A DNA stretch of 64,000 nt from Zygnema circumcarinatum SAG 698-1b. Lineage: Eukaryota > Plantae > Zygnematophyceae. Under the pieces are notes generated by a model. It saw only the letters and a program-made list of their open reading frames with translations. It had not been told where the DNA came from and made no database searches. Shown in pieces: positions 47,273 to 58,179 of the stretch. The position numbers and the translations under genes are program-made. Within the stretch, counting starts at the first letter, position 1. Each line of letters begins with the position of its first letter. The stretch is from contig CM074813.1 in NCBI GenBank assembly GCA_037447605.1, forward strand, positions 1,178,001 through 1,242,000. The letters are read 5' to 3'.

Positions 47273-50200
47273 CTACACTTTCCCGGTGAACTTGTGGTAC
47301 AGCTCATAGTCACGCTTCAGCTCCGCAAGCACCCTCCTCAGATCCTCTGCCATACGCCCCTTTCAACGAAACGTCAAACACATTCGACAAGCAATGTACA
47401 CATGGGTGAGTGAGCAGTTCGCATTCAAACTGTTTGAGCAGCCATGGCTACCCACCAGAACCGAGTGAAGCGTGAAGGTGCTGAAGATCTTGCAAGGAGG
47501 AGGCATCCATCAGAGCATAGGCCCCGCCTCGGAGTGCAGAGTCTACCTCCCTGCTTCCGCACAAAGCCCATCTTGGAAGGAGCTTTAGGACGTTACACTG
47601 AGAACCTTTTCCAAGCAAGCCTCTGGTTAAAACGGTCCTGAGCACGTTAAGCTAAGCGTTAAGCTCCAATCAATGAGGGCAGTGGGGTGAACGCCCTACC
47701 TGGAAAGGCCGCCATGGCTGCGAGCTCGAGCTGCGACAGCTGTTATATAGTCCGACAACGTGTTCACACAGTACTTTGAAAGAGATGCCTTCTGCGCCGC
47801 CATCTGCAGCCAAATGCAAAACGTCTTCCATCATCACCAGTTTCCATTGCACTATCCCAACCGCACCAGATACACTGAATGCTCAAAGCCCCCTGCAGGT
47901 GTTTGAAGCTCAGGGGGGCTTCTTCCCTCCTAAAGAGCTGAGTTCTATTCTTTACTCTTCCGAGGATTCCATCACTTATTCCAAGGAGCTCGTTGCTTTC
48001 TATGCCGGCACTCCCCTCACCTCTTCATAAATGCGTCGTAACCACACGGCGCATTTGTCACCCTCGCCCACCACTCCAACCACTTGCAGAAGTGCCCGCA
48101 TGGAATCTCCCAACAATGCGGCACAACGTCGCACTTCTCTGCAGTAAGAAAAAGGGCAGAGACATAAGAGTTTGGCAATGCCAAGCCTGCGTAAAACCGG
48201 CGAACGGCATCAGTTCGATTGCAAGCAACCTGCAGCCACCCACACAGAGCTGACATTTCCTACGATTCGGAGTCTGTTTATCATAAAGGGTCCTCTAAAA
48301 GTCTCACAAAACTTGAGTGTTTCAAAGAGCAAAGATTGTGAGCTCACCGGTGCCGATGGCGCACGAGTGCACAAAGCAACCGGCAGCACCCAACATATAT
48401 GGAGGTCACTGCATCAAGTTGGCCGGGCAGCTTCCCCCCTCCCCCAACCCAACCTCGTTTGCCTGCCCATTGGCTCAGCAGGAGGGTCATTATCGTGGAA
48501 GGGACGTCGAGTGCCAGTGCCACGTGGCGTGCTGTCATTGGAAAAATCGTTTCTCGTGATGCTATGGTGGTCAGGACCCTGAGAGCGCCCTCCAGAGAGG
48601 CGAATGGAAGTGTCTGCGGGCGGACGGTGGCGGCACCCATTGGAGAGCTCCGATTGGCTGCTCGTGCAAGCCATTGCAAAAGACATGCAGTGTATATGTG
48701 ACAGCGAGTCGCAAGTAGTCCGAGGGCCTGTGAACCTGCGGTTCAACGAAGGACCAGTTCAGCACTACTGCGTCCTTGAAGGAGGGGTAGAGAGAGGGAG
48801 AGGGGGAGGGGGAGAGGGAGAGGGAGAGGGAGAAGGAGAGGGAGAAGGCGAGGGAGAGAGAGAGAGGCAACACCTGCAACAGATTCCATCACAACCTCCA
48901 ACGCTTCCACTGCTGCAGAAGCCCACATGGCGCTCTCTCCATTTTCAGGCGCTTCTTGCAGTTCTTCAGCCATGGCGGTTTCCAGTCTCTGAAGAAGCAT
49001 GCGCAGGCGCGGCCTCGACGATCCGCGAACTATTGCACTCAAGGAACTCCCCACAGCGGTCCGCAAGTTCGCCAGGTCCTGTTCAGCCGCTACCTCTGTC
49101 ACTCGCCTCTCCGCTGCTCCAAATGAATTTGCTGCTGATCTGCCTTCCTGACTCTGGATAGCTTCTTCTGCCACCCTTCCAGACGGCGCACCTCCCATGT
49201 TCCAGCTTTGCAGGACAGCCAACAAGTGGAGATGGCAGTCAACCAACATAGAATGTGATTCCAGCCCTAGTATCGGTTCACATCTCTGTCCAATGAAGCC
49301 TATGGCCTCTACGAAAGAAAGAGGACCTGTCAGAAAATTCGCAATTTCTGAGAAAGAGATGTCCCCTCCAAGCAAAGAATTTGTAGCTGCGGCAGGAAAG
49401 CTTCCCCTCAAGAGCCACAGAAGCCTCTCCAGCAGCGAATTCAACTCCACCACAAGCGTATCTGGCAGCCGCGGTAAGAACCTTTTCGAAAGAGCTAACC
49501 CTTCCTTTTCTTTGGCACCTTCGCCTCCCTCTGCAGCTGTTAAAGAGGTGTCAAATTGCCATCCTAATGAACGCAGCCGCGCGAGAGAGGCCATATTCAC
49601 CGTCAGAAGCGCAGTGAGTAGCCGGCGTCCAGCAGAAACACCTCCATGCCTTCCTCCCTGCAGCAAGGCATCTATGGCCACTTTCTCAACACCCGAGAGG
49701 CCATTGAAGTTCCTCCAGAAGCCCATCTTATCTTCTCCTTCTCCTCCCCCACTAGCTTCAAAAGTTGAAGAAGGTCCTCCACCAAGAAGGACTCTCAATG
49801 CTCCACCTATCATTGACTCCAAGTCTGGCAACTCCTCCGAAACCGACTCAAGCATTCTGTCGAATTGGTGCGGACGAGGATTCTGTGGTTCTTTCCTGTC
49901 GGCAGAAGCAACTCCGGAGAGGTGCGGGTGGCAGAGAATGGCGGAGAGCAAGTTAGAGACGACTGCTGCTGCAGCTGCAGCTCCGTACATATTCCCTGCG
50001 GGAAGCTGCGGCTGCAGGCTGACGTGGGGGGGGGGGGGTCGGGACGAACTGCTCTGCTGTAATTCTGTCTGCACTGCCATGGCTTCCGCCTGCCCGTTGC
50101 TTTGATGCCGAACAGAAACAGATCCACGAGCACCTAGCATTACTGTTCGTGGTACGAATACAAGGGAACTCCTCGAAACGTTTTCCCTCTTGACTTTCGT

Positions 50201-53200
50201 TTCGCTGGCCAGCAGTTCCCTATCAGAAGCATGGCAATGAAGAGAAGCGGAGAGCAGTTCGGGAGAGTTCAAAGCTTGCCGCAGTTTCTCCTTGGACAGT
50301 GTCAGCAATGCAAGTATGGGATTCGAAGCAGGTGGATCAAGCTCACAGAGATCTGAATTGAAAGAGTCTACGTAAAATCTGCATTGACCATTCACGATTT
50401 GACCAGTGGCGTGGACGATTCGCTGAAGCAATCTGTTTGACACTTCATCGCCGCCTTCTTTGAAGAATGCTGTGGTTCCCATGTTCTCAGGACAGAGAAT
50501 AGTCTCCACGCATGTAGCAACAGTTTCTGTAGACAATAACAGCCACTGGAGGTCCACGGCCTTTCTGGCCCACTTGCTTTTTGAGACTTTTGTTTCAAAT
50601 TCTGTGCACTCCTCATCACCTTTTTTCTTCTTTGCATCTGCAAATGGACTCCACTTTGCAGAAACACTCAGTGATGCCAACGCTTCCCGGCTTGCAGTGA
50701 GTCCTTCCAGGAGTGAATGGACTAGATGACTGCCTTGGATAGCGATGTTCTTGTCAGAAGGAGTGCCATTAAGGTCTTTGTATGATGCTCTTTTCTTGGC
50801 AAAGAGAAGGCTGGCCAACAGACACCTGCATGCGTCCACTCGAAGAGCTGCTGTTATTGGGTCTCTCACATGATGCATCTGCTTATGAAATTGATATTCT
50901 AAACAATTTCTTTTCCAAGCAGCAAAAGGAACTTCCAAAATAAAAAAGTGAAGACCCACCTTTCAGCTTTCCCAATGGTTGCCAAGCAGAGCTTTTCCGA
51001 CTTCGCTTCCAAAAACCCATCAGGAAGTCCAGTAATCAGTTGAAGGAGCTGGACAAGAGCAGCCATGGCTGCCACATTCACAGCTCCAAGGTCACTCTTC
51101 TCCTCCTCCTTGCTGTCTTCAGTCGTCTTGACTTTCTCTAGCTCCGTTGCGTAGGAAGGTCTGTCTTGTTCAAAAACCAGGTCTTTTAAGCATTTTGTCA
51201 TTTCTTGCCCTCCTTTCTTCACCCACTCCCCTTCCGCAACAGCTTCACTAAGGAGCTCTGGCAGAGCCGAAACTGAATCTGAAACCGCAGATGAAGGAAT
51301 GGTGCAGCCCAATGCTGCAGACAAAGCTCTTCCAAATCGCTCCCGCCAGGCAGCCACCCACACTTTGCGCACTTTCTGCCCCGCTCCCACTATGAATCGT
51401 TTGTCAAATAGCTAACAAGTAGGGAGCAAAGGGCGAAGACGAAAGATGGATGATGAAATAGCCTCTGACCAGAGGGGGAAAGAGAGAGTATTCAAGGAAT
51501 CGAAAGGGAGGCGGTACAAGAGAAGAGCTGAGAGATAGAAAAGGGGAAGGAAAAAGAGATAGCCAGGGGAGACAGGAACAGAAAAGGTCTGCTGGAGAAA
51601 CGAGAACGTGAAGATGCACCAACGCATTTTACCTGCTGCTCATATAGCTCGGCATTGGAGATCGTTTCCCGTGCAAGAGCAGCTGCTGTCATTGCTATCG
51701 TGACTTCGTCCCTCCCTCCTTTTCTGCTTTCCTTCTCGTTTGCCTCCATAAGCAGGCTTTCTTCGCTACTCCTTCCTACAACTTTGTCCCTTTGGAAAAA
51801 AGCTGCTTCAATGAGCATCGATAAGAATCTCTGCACATCATTCGCAGGAGCATGGAGGGTCCACACGTGTAGACTGTCACACAGTAAGCGCATATGGGCC
51901 AATATGTAAGACTCATTCGTCAAATCTGACATTAGTCCTGTCCACTGGGGTTCTTCCAAGCAGCTGTTTTCGTCCATGGGGAGGCCATGAATCTCTTCGA
52001 AAAGCAAGCTCGTCAACGCAGAGCACTCTCCTGCAAGAAGAGTTTGTTCCAAATCCTCCTCATCCGTCCCCTCAATCAGAGATTTTTGTTTCCTTTTTTT
52101 TTCATTTCTCAACACAGAAAACTCCGTCGCATGCATTTGTACCTGCAAGTTCTGCAAACTGCTGAGCGCTGTGAGAGCTGCCAGATGGCGCCACACGGGA
52201 CTTTTGATTCGACTCATTCCGCGCGCTACATGGCTCCCCCGTGCGAGCTTCTCCGTTAAACCGAAAAATGGCGAACTGGCACATATAATATGCCATGCAT
52301 CACTCTCTTCAACCTGCTTTACTACTTTCGCACTTGATAAGAAGTTAACCTCCTTTGCTCCATTGAGAGCCTTTTCTGCAGCAATGGGAGGCATAAGTGT
52401 ACAGCTTTTCCTATTTAGTGCTTTTGCCAGAAAAAATGGACGAACAAGGAATATGGCTATCCATGGAGGTAAAACATTCGAAGCAACGAACTCTCGTCTC
52501 AGACCTGCGTCCTCATCCTCTTTCTCTTGCTTCCTTTCCAGTCTCTGTTCGTCCTCCTCCGCTCCTTCTGTAGACCATTTCAAAACCAGCGGTTCTAAGA
52601 GAGGCCCTGCTCCAGTGAATGCTATCTCTCTCGCAGCAGCCCCGACTTGAACTGCATTAGCAGCTACTACGTTCACATTTTTTATCACACAAGCCAAAAT
52701 TTCACTAATTGCTAGTGGTAGCTTTTCAAACTCTTCCCTCCACTTTCTCCTCTGTAATGTTTTTCCACCTTTCCTTTTCCCTCTCTCCTGGCTATGCCCC
52801 TCGCTCACATCGTTTTCCATCTCCTCTCCAACGCGAGAAAAAAAATGACTGAAGGTAGGCAAAATCTCTGCAAGTTGTCGCAGAAGCGGAGCTACTTGGC
52901 CGGAGGGCATTGTTCGGACAGCATCTGCAATTGCCTTCTGAAGGGGAAATGAACCGGAGAGTGATGCAGCGGCTGCGCATTCCAACATCTTCTTGGAACA
53001 ATCTCGAAGAGCTTCCAACAAAGCAACAAGCACTCTTTCCACCTGCATTACTTACCCCTCCTCCCAGCAATTTTGTCAGGAAAGTTCATTGCAACGAATT
53101 AGAAGTATACACATTCAGGCATCAGTAGAATCAACTGTTCTATCACTCACCTGCCGCAAATCCGCATATACATCCATTAGCTTGCATCCGAGCTGGACAC

Positions 53201-55424
53201 ATTTCTGCCATACATCGCCGCCTTGTTTGCCACAACCCTTAGCACAAACAGTCAATAACAGCGGCCATAGTGCAGAAAAATGTGATTCCACTGCTCTATG
53301 TTCCAATTGCAGCAGCTCAGAAAGGCTCCCAATAGTTGCCTTCCCCAACTCTGTCTCGTCCTCTTCTCCACTAGCCCTTCCAGACCTTTCAGATTTTTCC
53401 AATTCTTGGCCTATTTCCATTAAAGCATCTCCCAGCTGGACAAGAAACGCCAGGTGTCGGCCTTCAGGAGTATCATCTATCGGAGCATAAGCTCCCACTT
53501 TCCTCGCAGTCGCCAGCAGACCTTCAACAGCTGCAAGAGCTACGGCCTTCTCCCTCTCTGTGCTGAAACACAACCGCAAAAAATGGGCAGAGAAACGGAA
53601 TAAGGCGGTCCTTCTTCCTCCATCTTTCCCCTTTCCATTGCCGCCGTCTCCTTCTCCTTCTCCTTCTTCTTCTCCTTCTGCGCCTTTTTTCGTTGTTCCC
53701 CCCTCTCCTAGTTCATTTTCATTGGCTCCAACCACAGCTTCCATTGAGTGTTCAGCTAAACGACGGGCAAAAGCTTCAAAAAGCCATGGCAGAGCCTGCA
53801 TCACTGCAGCATTACCGTCCTTAATGGCTTCCTCTACGTTTTCAAAAAGTAACACTTGGTAGCTCCTTCCACTGACGCCTCCTTCTCCACCTTTCTCATT
53901 TCTTGAACCCTTCTTTTTTGGCAAAACCTTGACTGTTAACGGGACACTACAAACAAAGCCATAACCTCCTATATGAGCTTCATGGAACAATGCCCTTTCC
54001 AGCACCTCCTCTACAGAAGAGACAATTGGCAAATCCCATGTCTTGTACCCAGAATACTTCAGTAAAGCGCTCCGAGCTTCGACCATTGGCAGGAGCAGAC
54101 GATTAACAACAGCGTCAAAAACCTTCCGCGGGTTTGGATGTGTTCGAATGAATCTCCCGAAAGATTGAATGATTGAAAATATTAGCAATTGTCTGCTTCC
54201 TTTTCCGTGTTTACCACTTGCTGCAGCCATGGCTTCCTGCGCGGGCACTGCACTAGCTGCTCCTTTCATAGACTGCCTAGGCTGGAGTAGGAGCATTAGG
54301 TGTTGAAGAGATTCTTTGCAGAGCCCCACCCATTGCTCTAAACCCCACTGGGCTTGTAAGTTGGAAAGCACAACTGCAAAAATATAAGCCATTTCCTCCG
54401 CTAAAGCTTCTAGCTCTTCCTCTTTTCTCAGCTTTGATTCTTTATTAGAAAGATTTTCAGCAAAGGGTGCTCTCAGAACAGCTATGAACGGCTGTAGGAG
54501 TCCAGGCGAAAGGAGCGCAGGCTGATTGAATATCCTCTGAATTGCATTTAAACAATGCCGTAGCAATCTCCAGTATCGCACGTCCAAACATGCGACGGAG
54601 TTCCCTTTTCCATCTTCTCCCTTCTCTCCCTTCTCTCCCTGTTGCTTCTCCTCTTCATTTTTTGTTTCTCTATTCTCTTTCTTTTTTCTCCTTTTCTCTC
54701 TCTTCCCGTCGTTTTCTCCCATCTCTCCTTCCTCGCCCTCCTCTGTCCTCTCTGTTTTCTCAACGGCTGTCCCTTTCCTTTCTTTCTTGTTTCCATTGAC
54801 CAACTTGGATCTCTTGGCAGCCCTGATACTCTCAGCATCTTTCAGCGGCTTAGAGAGGTCCTCAGACAGACCGCCTCCTCTTACGTTTTTCTCTGTCGGA
54901 GCCCGGCTATGGCTGCCAGATGGCAGCGCATGAATGGCCGCCGCTGAACGGATAAGAGTAGTTTGAGTCCAGTCGAAAAGAAATCGAAGCACAGGAAGAA
55001 GCCCAAGAGCCGACGTGCTGCTGCCTGGCACAGAGTTAATTGTTGTGAGGGAAGCCAGAAACTCCATTGCAGCCGTTACTTTCCTGCATGTATCACCAAA
55101 AAGGCAAAAAAAAGCATGCAACTTAGGCATACATTAGTGACAGGATTGTTACTAAGGAAACATTATACTCTAGCTGATGTCAGATGAAAAACTTAAGGTT
55201 TCAAGAAAACTTCACCGTTTGCAACCCGGGCCAAGCCAGCTATGTAAAAAGTTGATGAGTTGGTTGCCCTACGAACTATGAGTTTTTTAGTAGTTTCACA
55301 GCATGCAGGAGCCCAATGATTCCATTAAAGGAAAACATGAATATCCAATATGTGCACAATCTCTTTCTTACCTTTCCATGTCACAATCGGAACGGACGAG
55401 CCGAATCACGGTCCTTGCCGCCAT
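47273..55424 (-). CDS. URB2: Nucleolar ribosome biogenesis factor URB2/Npa2 homologue, about 2180 aa
   Basis: Exons 55424-55372, 55083-53151, 53042-51633, 51375-50960, 50825-48874, 48735-48348, 48138-48021, 47803-47700, 47550-47456, 47346-47273 (6543 nt, in frame). C-terminal Urb2 signature KCAVWLRRIYEE...LSKYCVNTLSDYI...REVDSALRGGAYALMDA..LQHLHASLG..LKRDYELYHKFTGKV stop. A few acceptors and the first exon are less certain. Confidence 0.85.
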
Positions 55425-56380
55425 GGTGTGCGCCTAACCTAATCTTTCCTCCGAGACCACCTTCCCTGAGGTCCTACTCTTGCGCACAAGAACATATCAA
55501 CAATACTTTCTGCAAATTAGACAAGGTTCAAGTAATGATTGAATAAATCACATGTTTCACCCCTTGAATGTGTACTTTGATGTTGGTTACGGATAGTTTG
55601 TAAAGTCGCAAACTGAATCTAGGTTTGAGGAGAGTACAGAAATGCGAGAAAAGAATGAGCTGAGAGTCTGAGTTCCAGCTATTAGCATTGCTATAAATAG
55701 TGCGCCCTTCCAAAAGCAAACTTTGACTAGGAAATGAATACAAACTGGCCCGATGCTTGATGTGAAGAGAGGCAAAGGACGAGATGGAAATGAGAGAGAG
55801 AATTCAAGGAGAAAGGACGACAGAGGAAGGGGCAGAGGGGAGAAAGACAAGCTCATAACTACATTTAAAAAATGTCCCTCATTTTCTTTTGAACATTCTT
55901 GAATGTGCATTACACAGATAGAAAGTTAATAGACGGAACGACCAAGCGTTTCCACTTTAAAAAGCCCACAATCATTTTAAGTAAACGAATTGAATTCCAA
56001 AAGGAGTGATAAGCAAAAAGAAATACTAAGTATTATAAAAACCTACTGACTATAATTAAGAGTTCCATAAGGCTGGAAAATTGATAATAATTCTTAATTT
56101 GAATTCTAAAATTACAAGAAATTCATAGCTTCCAAAACTTAGAAGCTTTGTTACCCAACAAAAACCAGAAACCCGCACTTCAAAACCGTTTCCTGTTTCC
56201 GAAAGCAGTTTGTAAGCTCAGACAAGCTGACAGGCTTCGCCCGCCAGCTGGCAGCGGCGGGGCCTGGGCCGCGCACCTGCGGCTGGCCGGCTGCCTGCAG
56301 CGTGCCGCGGCCTCCCTCCCTCCCTCCGTCCCTTCCGCGGGCGCGGCACTGCCCTCCAAGCCCGCGCGAGGCTCCGTCAC

Positions 56381-56506
56381 GGCATGGCCTGGAATGGCAT
56401 GGCCTGGAATGGCATGGCCTGGAATGGCATGGCCTGGAATGGCATGGCCTGGAATGGCATGGCCTGGAATGGCATGGCCTGGAATGGCATGGCCTGGAAT
56501 GGCATG
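56381..56506. repeat. Perfect 15-bp minisatellite (GGCATGGCCTGGAAT)x8.4
   Basis: Eight identical copies from 56381 to 56500, plus GGCATG. Confidence 0.97.
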
Positions 56507-56633
56507 AAGAGAAAATGGCATTGAACTCAGTCCATGGACAAAAGCAGCATGTGAAACCACGAGGGACTGGTCGCAAAGGACAAAAGAAACAAGCTAGGAG
56601 CGGAAAATTTCGCCTAGGCGCAACAATGCAGCC

Positions 56634-56730
56634 CTGGAATGGCATGGCATGGGCTGGAACGGCATGGCAAGGGCTGGAATGGCATGTCACGGCATGGCCT
56701 GGAATGGCATGGCATGCCAAGTGGCATGCC
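56634..56730. repeat. Degenerate second block of the same pentamer-based repeat
   Basis: ctggaat ggcat ggcat gggct ggaac ggcat ggcaa gggct ggaat ggcat gtcac ggcat ggcct ggaat ggcat ggcat. A third trace is at 57586-57620. Confidence 0.85.
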
Positions 56731-57095
56731 AATCTCATCGGACCGTTGGATAGCCGAGCGCGTTCGGGGATATGGCCCCGTGGACCGCGTGAGACTTTCA
56801 CCGTTGGATTGCCATGTGCGAAAAAATGGCCGTTGGAGAAGCCATGTGTCTAACACATGCAAGTCTCGCAAGACGCGCCCAGCCCGTGTGAAATGCGATT
56901 GGAGTCAAATCAACGGGGAATTGCGGAATTCCGGAATTCCGGAATCATTAACTAGTCAGCCAGTAGTTACAGTCTAATCAAGTTATAGTGGCTGTGTCGG
57001 TCCCCACATGTTTGTGTCACTATATCGGTAATGACTCGTTTGTCATTTCACATTTATAGTAACAATGTTATTAGATATGTTTTTGCGGTATATCC

Positions 57096-57256
57096 GTACG
57101 CCTTTGATACCGTACATTGTACTTTTTGGGCAGTCGTCACGAGGGTAGGTGTGTACAGTACTGTACGAACCCTAGTGAGCATGTGTACGGGCAAGTTGAT
57201 ATGTACGGTCAAGTCGATATATGACGGTATTAGTCGATAATGTGTACGGTCGTAAT
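57096..57256. repeat. GTAC-rich tract with a 14-bp palindrome and four degenerate 18-20-bp units
   Basis: Nine GTAC in 57096-57247. GTACAGTACTGTAC at 57153-57166. Units resembling ATGTGTACGGTCAAGTCGAT at 57181, 57201, 57219 and 57239. Confidence 0.7.
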
Positions 57257-57984
57257 ATATTTGTAACGCATATTCCAATACGTGGGTGGATAATATCGAA
57301 TTTTTTGAACATATAGTAACAATTAGGGCTTTTCAGCGTCGTTATATCCGTAATGGCGTCACTACTGGCGCAGGATCTGCAGTGGTGCAATTCCGTTCCC
57401 GGAAAAAAAGTCAGTATATCCATGCCGTTCTTATAAACAGTGTCACTATAACGTGATTAGACTGTAGTGGTTTGGAATTTGTCTCTGGAGCAATTAGTCG
57501 ATGACTAGGGATGTTCGTCGCGGAGCTAGGCAGTTAGTCACCACAGTGCCTCCTATCATTGTAACAATACAATGTCTACCGTATCATGGAATGGCATGGC
57601 AAAGCATGGCGACCATGCCTTGCTTGTATGCCTTGCCTGTGATGTGGGCATGGATGGCAGTACCGAATGAGGCAGTGACCACACACACACACGGAACATG
57701 GCCTCCGTGAGACCGCCAGGACCTGCAGAAGGTCGCACGCGCTCCGGCAGTGCTTTGGACGGAACGAAGCCTGACCAGCGAACGCTGACATGGAACGTGC
57801 CTGACGGAACTGTCCCGCATGGAGGGGCCAGAGGGCCCCTTCCGCCCGCTATTTCGAACGGTTGGCTCGCCCAGGAGCTCTCGTCGCTGGAGGGAGGGAG
57901 GGAGGAAGTGGAGACCGGCAGAGGGAAGGGAGATACGAGAGAGCCGAAAAACAAAGGAGAAAAAGGCTGACAAGACAGGGAGGA

Positions 57985-58027
57985 AGCAGGCGTGTAAAGG
58001 GAGCAGGCGCGTAAAGGGAGCAGGCAG
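57985..58027. repeat. 17-bp direct repeat x2.5 upstream of the AP2A ATG
   Basis: AGCAGGCGTGTAAAGGG AGCAGGCGCGTAAAGGG AGCAGGCAG. Confidence 0.8.
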
Positions 58028-58179
58028 AAAGATCGAAAAGGATCGCTGGGAGAGACGATAAACCGTGAGATCGTGGACTTGTTAGGGTTCCATTCCACGT
58101 CCTCGTTGGTTCTTCAGTCTCTCCTTCTCTCCTTCCACCCTCCTGTACAGCCCTGCGACTCCCTCCTCCTGGAGCGGCC

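Noticed and set aside
56151-56853. ORFs with (MAWPG)n, (WHGLE)n and (GHAIP)n repeats as a novel repeat protein, or the array as CRISPR
   Set aside because: These are automatic translations of a 15-bp stop-free unit with no synonymous variation between copies. There are no unique spacers and no cas genes, and the context is eukaryotic.
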